Source of the DNA: Octopus sinensis
Taxonomy: Eukaryota
DNA length: 11,817 nucleotides
Direction of reading: 5' to 3'
Assembly (NCBI RefSeq): GCF_006345805.1
Contig: NW_021826859.1
Span: 1-11,817 of the forward strand
The position numbers and the translations under genes were made by a program. The notes below the pieces were generated by a model. It was not told the DNA's origin and searched no databases. It was given only the letters and a program-made list of their open reading frames with translations. How positions within the stretch are numbered: position 1 is the first letter of the stretch; each line of letters opens with the position of its first letter. Below, piece by piece: positions 1 to 8,030 of this stretch.

Positions 1-66
1 ATAAATATATGCATATATACATACATATTTTACATACCTACATATATATGTATATATACATGCATA

Positions 67-255
67 TATTGGTACAGGACATAAAGAAACGTGGAACAGT
101 TAGAAACGAAAACATAAAACAAAACCATAGGAACGAACTTTTTTCCGAACAACGAAAAAACGGAGAAACGAGACATACAACATAAAGAATATTCCCCTTC
201 TTTAGTTGTCCCCGTTTGAAACTACTCCACGGTTCGAAGGCAATGGAAAGACGCC
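67..255 (-). mobile_element. Short terminal (pLTR-like) fragment of a probable Penelope-like element, embedded in TA-rich microsatellite
   Basis: Minus strand reads ...ccttCGAACcgtggagtagtttcaaacggggacaaCTAAAGAagggg..., then a ~125-nt T-rich tail ending acgtttctttatgtcctgta. This is the same architecture as 2369-2527, which lies downstream of a GIY-YIG remnant. TA-type repeats flank both sides. Confidence 0.5.
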
Positions 256-279
256 TATATATATATATTTATATATATA

Positions 280-373
<94 letters not shown>

Positions 374-397
374 TATATATATTTATATATATATATA

Positions 398-442
<45 letters not shown>

Positions 443-450
443 TATATATA
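256..450. repeat. (TA)n microsatellite, imperfect
   Basis: Directly visible; source of the YI-repeat ORF 216..527. Confidence 0.98.
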
Positions 451-802
451 GTATAATGGAGAATGTAGAGCGCAAGTTCTTTTATTACGTTAATTTACAA
501 TTGTTTCATCTAAATTCGATCTCATGAATATTGCTCTATTATGCAATAATATATGCAAATATTTGTTCATGTGGTGTCATTGACATGTATCAACTCTTCG
601 GCTCTTCAGAATTACGTATAAAAATTATTTGCTGTAGATACTTGTATTATCAATAATTTATACCTATATAGGCTTGGGAGTGTTTACATCATTACTTTTG
701 TATAATATAAGCAAAAGAAAACAAAGCAACGCTTGGTTTGAATTAACCGGTCACGAAGAATGATAGGAAAAAGAAAAAGAAAAAAATAGAAAAATATCGT
801 CG

Positions 803-990
803 TGGTACTCCGTCGGTTACAACGACGAGTGTTCCAGTTGATCCGATCAACGGAAAAGCCTGCTCGTGAAATTAACATGCAAGTGGCTGAGCACTCTACA
901 GACACGTGAACCCTTAACGTAGTTCTAGGGGAGATTCAGCGTGATACAGAGTGTGACAAGGCTGGCCCCTTTGAAATACAGGTACAACAG
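803..990 (+). mobile_element. Interspersed repeat fragment, probably the body or 3' part of a SINE
   Basis: GC-richer complex segment (ggtactccgtcggttac...gatccgatcaacgg...gtggctgagcactc...gacaaggctggccc...gaaatacaggtac) that I recall as an abundant octopus repeat. No second copy in this window, so both call and orientation rest on recall. Confidence 0.5.
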
Positions 991-1036
991 AATTAGGAAG
1001 AAAAGTGAAAGAGTCCAACAGGTTTCGTCAACACCT

Positions 1037-1167
1037 CTTGCCGGAGCCTCGTGGAGCTTTAGGTGTTTTCGCCCAATAAACACTCACAACGCCTGGTCTG
1101 GGAATCGAAACTGCGATCCTACGACCTCGAGTCCGCTACCCTAACCACTGGGCCATTGCGCCTCTAC
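1037..1167 (-). mobile_element. tRNA-derived SINE head (family B)
   Basis: Minus strand has A box TGGCCCAGTGG (1145-1155) and B box GTTTCGATTCCC (1100-1111) at tRNA-like spacing. Second copy at 8918-9027; the extreme 5' end is duplicated at 1203-1225. Confidence 0.88.
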
Positions 1168-1202
1168 AATCGTTGTATAGTAAAATCTGATACACTTTTA
1201 GT

Positions 1203-1225
1203 CCACTGGGCCATTGCGCCTCCAC
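1203..1225 (-). repeat. Local duplicate of the 5' tip of SINE family B
   Basis: ccactgggccattgcgcctccac matches 1145-1167 with one mismatch. Confidence 0.8.
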
Positions 1226-1616
1226 ACACATATATATAAATCAGTTAAGAAAAAGAAAGATTTTGTTTTGAGGCAATATCATAAAATAATAGCTTCGTAA
1301 ATAATTTATATCTCAGATGGTATTTTAAAGCAATGTTCTTGAAAAGTTCTTTTAACGCTTTTGAGGTGTTTTTCGTCAATCGTCTCTTTCGATAAGGAAT
1401 CGCAGACATACGTTTGTAGTTTTATCACAGTGAAATCTTTTTGTCTGCTACACTTTGGTGGTCAGCTAGATATTGGCATTTCAAGGGTAAGATGTCATTT
1501 GCTACAGAATTCAGTGATCACGCGCACACATATGCTTACACATACAGACACAAACAGACAAAGAAGATAAAAATACTATTAATGTCTTGCTAAAAACGAA
1601 AAAAGGTTAATTTACT

Positions 1617-1992
1617 CCGGATAAAGTATTTGTATACAACGAAATGACCGAGACAGTTCTTATCCAAAGAACAAGCAACTCAATTTCGGAAGAATGCATA
1701 TATGTAGGCGCAACCGTGGATTAAAAAAAAAACCGTTGGCGTAACCACGGAGCGTCATTTCGATACACAAACAAGAGACACTACTTTATCGGATAACTTA
1801 ATCTCACATTCAACAGAAAAGAAGATTTAATATATTCCCTGGTTCGTGGTAAAGGCTGCATACACGTATATCAGGAATTCTAAGTTATGTAACCATTGTT
1901 TTGACGATATACGTATTTTATTATCTAAATTAACACTCTCTACTTGTTATGAGGTACCACCATAAGATTGGAAAAACTTTCAAGAAATACAA
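1617..1992 (+). pseudogene. Decayed GIY-YIG endonuclease domain of a Penelope-like retroelement
   Basis: Hand translation from 1617: PDKVFVYNEMTETVLIQRTSNSISEECIYVGATVD*KKNRWRNHGASFRYTNKR (VY...YVG-x-T, then RW-x-NH-x-x-SF). After frameshifts: DTTLSD, then from 1840 WFVVKAAYTYIRNSKLCNHCFDD (CxxC at 1888-1899), then from 1940 LLVMRYHHKIGKTF. Motif order matches PLE C-terminal endonucleases. Not in the ORF track because of the stop at 1722 and the frameshifts. Confidence 0.8.
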
Positions 1993-2523
1993 AAAAAAAT
2001 ACCTATTAGAGAATTGCTAATTATTCTGGTCACAACCCGAACCCGTTTTAGGTAGGAAGATTTCTAAATGGACCTGTGTACACCAGTATATCAGGAATAC
2101 ATATATCATGTGGTAAAAGGAATTTCTTGAAATAATACGAAAATTTTGGTATCTTTATGAAAGTATCCCCAGGGTACCAGTATATCTGCATTTAGTATTT
2201 TTTTTATAACAGAATATTCTATGTTGGAAAATTACCTGAGTCAATGAGAATGAATGTAAGAAGAGATATATAAGTACACATTCGCTAACTTTCTTACAAA
2301 GGGGTCTAATGCGCTTAACTTAGACTTTTTGGGGGCTCAACCAGATCGAACCATCTAAAGCGTAACTGCCCGAAATGGTCGTGAGTTCTGGGACTTGACT
2401 GATGAAAGAAAGCCAAGAAAGACCCGTGTTTTTTTGCCGGTCCTACTAATTGTTTCTCTTGTCCGCCTTTGTATCGTCTATCTGACCGAACGTTTTAATG
2501 ACCTCTATTACGTTTTTGTTCAT

Positions 2524-2527
<4 letters not shown>
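1617..2527 (+). mobile_element. 5'-truncated Penelope-like element: EN remnant + 3' non-coding terminal region ending in (TA)n
   Basis: GIY-YIG remnant followed by ~530 bp non-coding sequence containing CGAAATggtc (2371-2380) and CTGATGA (2399-2405), a T-rich tail, and an abrupt end at the TA tract. The 5' boundary is uncertain. Confidence 0.65.

Positions 2528-2560
<33 letters not shown>
2527..2560. repeat. (TA)n microsatellite
   Basis: Directly visible. Confidence 0.97.
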
Positions 2561-2561
<1 letters not shown>

Positions 2562-2656
2562 TAAGGGTACTACTATTCGTAGATACCAACACGCTAAGAG
2601 GGACCAATGCGGTCAAAACTACTAAAAATAAACAAAATTTTACCGAATGCAAAACT

Positions 2657-3072
2657 TCAAAACACATCATTTTAAAAAAGAATTCAGTTACATATCACAT
2701 GTGATTTCGCATTTAATGCAGAATATGCATTTCATGTTCATCAGTGCAACAAACTCAAGAAATATAAGAAAAAACATAACATTACAAGCTCGATAGCAAA
2801 CCGTAGAATTCGTCGTAGCATGTACGAATGTTTATCCTTACATATCTATGAAAATGGCGGGCTTATTCGCAATGCATTTGGGTACCAAATTGTCTAGTCG
2901 GAATAAAAATTCAGTATTGAACTATTCCGGTGAAAAATATAAATTAATGTTATGTTTTCTTTTATATTTCTTGAGTTTGTTGCACTGATGAACATGAAAT
3001 GCATATTCTGCATTAAATGCGAAATCACATGTGATATGTAACTGAATTCTTTTTTAAAATGATGTGTTTTGA
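2657..3072. repeat. Long inverted repeat: arms 2657-2784 and 2945-3072 (128 bp, 126/128 identical), 160-bp spacer
   Basis: Manual reverse-complement alignment; the only differences are tataagaaaaaac vs tataaaagaaaac near the inner ends. Confidence 0.97.
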
Positions 3073-3161
3073 GGAAGAATTTACGGATTTTTTCTCTTAC
3101 GAGGTTTTTCACGCTGACTACTGATAATTTCTTTTAAAGATTTTATCCTCAATTGTTAATT

Positions 3162-3275
3162 TATATATATATTATATATATAATATATTATATATTATAA
3201 TATATTTATATATATAAGCCTTGAATCTTTAAATTGTTTTGGCTTCAAAGCTGGGGTCATGCTGGGGCACCAAAT

Positions 3276-3312
<37 letters not shown>

Positions 3313-3570
3313 CATACATATATATACATAGATACATATGTAAATATATATATATGTACACACACACACACGCACACACATATATATATCCATATACACA
3401 TATGCACGCGTATACATACTTATATGCATAAAAATACATATATACGTACACACTCACTTAAATGTATTCACACACATATAAGAGAGAGTTGCGAAGACAT
3501 GAGAGATACAAAAGATGTGAGAAAAGCACAGAGAAGGAGAGAGGGAGGGAGAGAGAGAGAGAGAGAGAGA
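3162..3570. repeat. Compound microsatellite (TA)n / (CA)n / (CATA)n / (GA)n, interrupted by the SINE tail fragment
   Basis: Directly visible; source of the HT/CV/YI ORFs. Confidence 0.95.
3225..3272 (-). mobile_element. 3' tail fragment of SINE family C
   Basis: Reverse complement tggtgccccagcatgaccccag...aaaacaatttaaagat aligns to cggtgctccagcatggccacag...gaaacaattaaaatt at 11021-11067. Confidence 0.7.
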
Positions 3571-3865
3571 AATGGCACTAAAAATATATGATCAAAAATA
3601 AAATATACAAAAATAAATGTTTAGCCTCAGGTCGGCCATAATCATGAAGGTCTATCATGAAAGACGTTCAGTCCATCTTATCTTAGCAATAGTACACTCG
3701 AGACGACATTAACCTTCTTACTCTTTTATTTTGAAACAATAGAATGTGATTTGAGGAAGATTTAACTGCCATTTCTAGCAGATTAACTCACTTTGTCAAT
3801 GTTAACTCATTTTAATACCTATGAAGTGATGGAAAATTTAAGCAACAGTAATTGCTACATCATAA

Positions 3866-4445
3866 GGCGGCGAGCTGGCAGAAACGTTAGCACGCCGGGT
3901 GAAATAGCGGTATTTCGTCTGTCTTTACGTTCTGAGCTCAAATTCCGCCGACGTCGATTTTGCCTTTCATCCTTTCGGGGTCGATTAAATAAGTACCTGT
4001 TACACACTGGGGCCGATATAATCGACTTAATCCGTTTGTCTGTCCTTGTTTGTTCCCTCTGTGTTTAGTCCCTGTGGGTAGTAAAGAAATAGGTATTTCG
4101 TCTGTCTTTACGTTCTGAGTTCAAATTCCGCCGACGTCGAACTTGCCTTTCATCCTTTCGGGGTCGATTAAATAAGTACCTGTTACGCACTGGGGTCGAT
4201 ATAACCGACTTAATCCGTTTGTCTGTCCTTGTTTGTTCCCTCTGTGTTTAGTCCCTTGTGGGTAGTAAAGAAATAGGTATTTCGTCTGTCTTTACGTTCT
4301 GAGTTCAAATTCCGCCGACGTCGAACTTGCCTTTTATCCTTTCGGGGTTGATAAATTAAGTACCAGTTGCGTACTGGGGTCGATGTAATCGACTGCCCCC
4401 CTTCCCCCCCAATTTTCAGACCTTGTGCCTAGAGTAGAAACGAAT
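3866..4445 (+). mobile_element. tRNA-derived SINE family A, trimeric form (head + three ~184-bp units + 3' tail)
   Basis: Head ggcggcgagctggcagaaacgttagc (A-box-like at 3876). Units start ggtatttcg at 3909, 4092 and 4276 (periods 183, 184). Each unit has a B-box-like gagttcaaattc (e.g. 4117-4128) and core gcctttcatcctttcggggtcgat...aagtacc. Tail cttgtgcctagagtagaaa is shared with the other copies. Confidence 0.92.
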
Positions 4446-4469
4446 AGTTGCTACATCAACGCCTCAGCG

Positions 4470-4715
4470 ACCACTGCCATTATGATGAATATTACTATCA
4501 CCACAACATCCACCACCACCACCACCACCACCAGCAGCAGCAGCAGCTTTATCACTACTACCACTGCCGCCACCATCAGCTTTATTACCACCACCATCAC
4601 AACCACTACCGCTACTACCATTATCAGCACCACCACTGCTGCTGCTACTACTACTACTACTACTACTACTACTATACTACTACTACTACTATACTACTAC
4701 TACTACTACTGCTAG
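4470..4715. repeat. Compound trinucleotide repeat (CAC/CAG/CAT/TAC)
   Basis: Directly visible. Confidence 0.95.
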
Positions 4716-4866
4716 TTTTAAAAACTACGGTAATTGCAACAACCATCACCGACACAACCATCTGAGAAAATCGTGAAGAAATTATATAATGCTGTCCTAG
4801 ATAAACGCCAAAAGGACAGAATGGCCATTGGATGAATGCCTTTGATAATTGGCCTGTTCAATCAGT

Positions 4867-4980
4867 TCAGTCAAGACTGGCCATCATCATCGTCATCATT
4901 ACTACCACTCACAACTATCATCATCAGTCAAGACTGGCCATCATCATCGCCATCATTACTACCACCCACTACAATCATCA
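4867..4980 (+). repeat. 57-bp tandem duplication (4867-4923 / 4924-4980)
   Basis: tcagtcaagactggccatcatcatcg(t/c)catcattactaccac... occurs twice at period 57. Confidence 0.9.
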
Positions 4981-5720
4981 TCATCATTATCATCATCATC
5001 ATCAGCAGCAGCAACAGCATCACCGCTGCCACCGTCGTTGCGGTGGTGGTCGCCGTCATCGTCATCATCATCACCAAAACAACACCACTTCCACCACCAC
5101 CACCACCACCACCACCACCTCACCACCACCACCACCACCTCACCACCACCACCACCACCACCACCTCACCACCACCAACACCATCACCACCATCACCACC
5201 ACCGCCACCGCCACCGCCGCCGCCACCGCCGCCGCCACCGCCGCCGCCACCGCCGCCGCCACCGCCGCCGCCACCGCCACCGCCGCCACCGCCGCCGCCT
5301 CCACCAACACCACCACCATCATCAACAGGAACAACAACAACGACAACAACAACAACAACAACAACAACACCAAGAACAAATACGACAGCGATGACAACAG
5401 TAACAAAGCAAGACCAGCTGTAACAACAACAGCAGCAACAACAACAACAACAACAACAACGACAACGACTACAACGACGATAACAGTGATAACAGCGATA
5501 AAAACAATAGCAACACCAACAACGGCGATAACAGAAACAGCCGTAACGAAAAAAAAGTCAACAACAGCTGTGACAACAACAACAAAAACAACAACAACAA
5601 CAACAGCAGCAGCAGAGCTAACAACTGTAACAATAAAACCTACCAACAACGAAACACATAACAACATAAATGCTACCAAGAAACCACCGCAGTCGACAAC
5701 AACAACAGCTACAACAACGC
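4981..5720. repeat. Long compound trinucleotide tract (CAT, CAC, (GCCGCCGCCACC)n, CAA)
   Basis: Directly visible; includes a 12-bp higher-order unit at ~5203-5300. Lack of stop codons explains the overlapping ORFs. Confidence 0.95.
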
Positions 5721-6025
5721 CTCGGTAGTTCAATGAGTCATTATCGATCACTTCTCCAGTTTTGTTATCTTGACGATGTCTTTAAACAAGTGATCAAAAC
5801 ATACCAATGTTTGTCTTTTTACTAAATCTTCTGATCTCCCTGATGATGATGGCAGCAGCTGATAATGCTGCTGTTGGGAATCCGCTGTTGTTGACACTAC
5901 AGTTAGTCTTCTCGCAGAATCGTGTTGCTGTTGTTGTTGTTGTTGTGGTGGTGGTCACAGTTATTTGTATATTGTTGCTGTTATTTTCGTTGTTGTATCG
6001 TGTTGTTTTCATAGTTATTTTTATC

Positions 6026-6027
<2 letters not shown>

Positions 6028-6082
<55 letters not shown>
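6028..6082. repeat. (ATT)n microsatellite
   Basis: Directly visible. Confidence 0.97.
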
Positions 6083-6084
<2 letters not shown>

Positions 6085-6237
6085 TTTTTTTTTCTTCTTT
6101 CAAATTTGCTTCCATTTCTTACCGAGTGTCTTCCCGACTCCTAGGGCAAAGAAACTCATAGTATACATTGGTAGGCCATTAAACTAAACTCAATAGTTCG
6201 TTCATTTTTTTTTAAAGTTAAATTAAAATACATGGGT
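6083..6237 (-). mobile_element. Possible 3' UTR remnant of an R4/Dong-like retrotransposon with (TAA)n tail
   Basis: Minus strand ...gccctaggagtcgggaagacactcggtaagaaatggaagcaaatttgaaaagaagaaaaaaaag runs into (TAA)n. It resembles R4/Dong 3' UTRs as I recall them; no coding remnant is present. Confidence 0.4.
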
Positions 6238-6238
6238 A

Positions 6239-6312
<74 letters not shown>

Positions 6313-6335
6313 TATTATTATTATTATTATTATTA
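6238..6335. repeat. (AAT)n switching to (ATT)n at ~6311
   Basis: Directly visible polarity switch aataataata|attattatta. Confidence 0.97.
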
Positions 6336-6710
6336 GCAGTATCGCCCGGCGTTGCTCGGGTTTGTTTCGACCGTTTAGAATTGGAATTTTTGAAAAGTAA
6401 AAATTTTGCATTATGTTGCTTGTTATTCTCTTTAAGTGAACATTTTTTCTGGTAGAAATACACCGAAAAATGAAGACACAGCGGTCAAAAAATCGTAAAA
6501 AATAGGGATTTTCATAGATGTAAATAATTTTTGGTGTTGACATGGTCCGATTTAAGTTTTTTTCTTCTACAGAAGGAAGAGCAAGCCTTCTTCTATCATA
6601 CTCCCGATTTTGGTCAACTTGCGCCGCAGGGACTCGGAGGAGATAGTGTTAGTTGAAGGATATCAAACCTGCCATACACAGACAACTTCAGCTTTATATA
6701 TATAGAGAGA
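6333..6710 (-). mobile_element. Non-autonomous Helitron, 378 bp
   Basis: Minus strand starts A|TCtctctatatatataaag at 6710 and ends with GC hairpin cccgagcaacgccggg (6345-6360), short spacer, then CTAA|T at 6333 (fits CTRR). Inserted at an AT dinucleotide with no TSD. Confidence 0.88.
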
Positions 6711-6747
6711 TTATTGTTGTTGTTGTTGTTGTTATTATTATTATAAA

Positions 6748-6940
6748 GGCAACGAGCTGGCAGAACCGTTAGTACACTGGGCGAAACGCTTAGCATTATT
6801 TCGCCAGTCGCTATGTTCTGAGTTCAAATTCCGCAGAGGTCGACTTTACCATTCATCCTTTCGGGGTCGATAAATTAAGTACCAGTCAAGTGCTGGGGTC
6901 AATGTAATCAATTCCATGTCTTGTGCCTATAATAGAAATT
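6748..6940 (+). mobile_element. SINE family A, monomeric and more diverged copy
   Basis: Same head, B box, core and cttgtgcctataatagaaa tail as 3866-4445, but a single unit and no inter-unit spacer; runs into (ATT)n. Confidence 0.9.
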
Positions 6941-6953
6941 ATTATTATTATTA

Positions 6954-7010
<57 letters not shown>
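6939..7010. repeat. (ATT)n tract between the SINE 3' end and the R4/Dong 3' end
   Basis: Directly visible. Confidence 0.97.
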
Positions 7011-7011
<1 letters not shown>

Positions 7012-7705
7012 GACGTCGCACAGTGTACAATATTGTGAGGTTGTCGATTGAGGATATTGTGTCTACCGAGGGTTTGTACTGTTTGTCAAGTCACAACAAG
7101 GACCTCAGACAGTCAATATGCGTGCAGTTCCAAGTAATGCTGACTTTTGCAATACATCTAGATTGTAGGGTATCTCTAAGGTTTTCAGGTGTTTTTTCAG
7201 ATTGGGTGGTATTGAACCCAATGCTCTGATGACAATAGAGATAGCCTTTATCCTCGGTTCTCGTAGCTGCCACATCTTAGCGATCTCAATTCTCAGGTCT
7301 CCATATCTACCAACTTTTTCTCTTTCTTTCATGATATGTTGATCTGGCATTGCTACGTCGATTATTAGGCACACTTGTTTGTCCTTCCTAAAGGTTACTA
7401 TATCCGGCCTTCGATGCTCTAACACTTTGTCTGTCTGGAAATCAAAGTCCCAGAGGATTTCTGCCTTCCCCTTTTCGTCCATTACTACTACCAGTGTATG
7501 TTGGTACTAAACACCCATAACCTCCTATCCATACTGATGGCATAGTAGCCAGTGGAGAGTTTTGGGCTACTTTGTCGTGTCTACGCTTGTGCTCTTTCTG
7601 TGCAAGACTTTCACAAGCACTAACAATGTGAGTCACATTTTCGACCCTCTTGCCACACATTCTGCAGAAGTCCAATGCACTTGTCTGGTATATATTCTTT
7701 TTCAC
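7011..7705 (-). mobile_element. 5'-truncated R4/Dong-clade non-LTR retrotransposon (CCHC zinc knuckle + restriction-like endonuclease + 3' UTR), pseudogenised
   Basis: CRMC...ENVTHIVSAC...KRRHDKVA (ORF 7442..7741), frameshift near 7560, then LHWLLCHQYG*...*YQH in frame with ILWDF..QTD...HRRPDI...IIDVA.P...EK..RY.DL..EI..MW...ALGSIP...LQKSALLGTARIL (ORF 7105..7482). About 95 bp of 3' UTR follows, then (TAA)n, the known Dong tail/target. Confidence 0.93.
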
Positions 7706-7765
7706 TATCATGATCATCATAACCAGCATCATCATCATCATTACTGTTATTGTTAATATTATTAG

Positions 7766-7826
7766 ACATTCTCAGTTCAAATTCTGCCGAGCTTGACTTT
7801 GCTTTTCGTCCTCTCGGAGGTCGATG
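7766..7826 (+). mobile_element. Diverged internal fragment of SINE family A
   Basis: acattctcagttcaaattctgccgagcttgactttgcttttcgtcctctcggaggtcgat aligns to the unit core. Confidence 0.8.
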
Positions 7827-8030
7827 ACATCAAATAACCTCTTGTTTCTGTTGCTCTAATTGTTGTCGCTGTTGTGTTGTCATCACTGTAGTTATAGCCG
7901 TAAGTAACGATGTTACTCTTTTTGTCTGTTAGTAGTAATACTGTTATAGTGTTATGGCGTTGTCCTGTTACTATTTCTGTTACCTCGTTGTGTTATTTCA
8001 GCTATTGTCCGGCTATTCTTGATAATGAAA

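Noticed and set aside
216-527. YI-repeat ORF, and the similar HT/CV ORFs at 3195-3591
   Set aside because: Translations of dinucleotide microsatellites.
1090-1167. Functional tRNA gene (also 8950-9027 and 10405-10475)
   Set aside because: A and B boxes are present, but copies are mutually diverged and continue into shared non-tRNA body sequence, so they are SINE heads.
2399-2445. Conventional type I hammerhead using GAAA at 2417-2420
   Set aside because: No helix II can form between 2406 and 2416, and the helix III/cleavage-site register fails.
2561-3159. TTAA-flanked piggyBac/Kolobok transposon
   Set aside because: TTAA occurs at both ends, but the adjacent termini (gggtac... and ...caattg) are not inverted repeats, and TTAA is common in this AT-rich DNA.
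3615-3790. Possible old interspersed repeat (…tgtgatttgaggaagatttaactgccatttctagcag…)
   Set aside because: Only vague recall of a similar octopus repeat; no second copy or diagnostic structure in the window.
3909-4392. CRISPR array or hammerhead retrozyme in the 184-bp tandem units
   Set aside because: Spacers are repeated rather than unique, the context is eukaryotic, and I found no CUGANGA core on either strand (only ggatgaaagg on the minus strand).
4801-4864. Candidate exon after tgtcctAG
   Set aside because: All three frames hit a stop before any convincing donor site.
5203-5300. Tandem Kozak consensus (GCCGCCACC)
   Set aside because: No ATG follows any unit; it arises by mixing GCC and ACC triplets.
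4832-5751. Long ORFs of 181-298 aa (mucin-, extensin- or His-rich looking)
   Set aside because: Open in three + frames and one - frame because the trinucleotide repeats lack stops; no complex domain.
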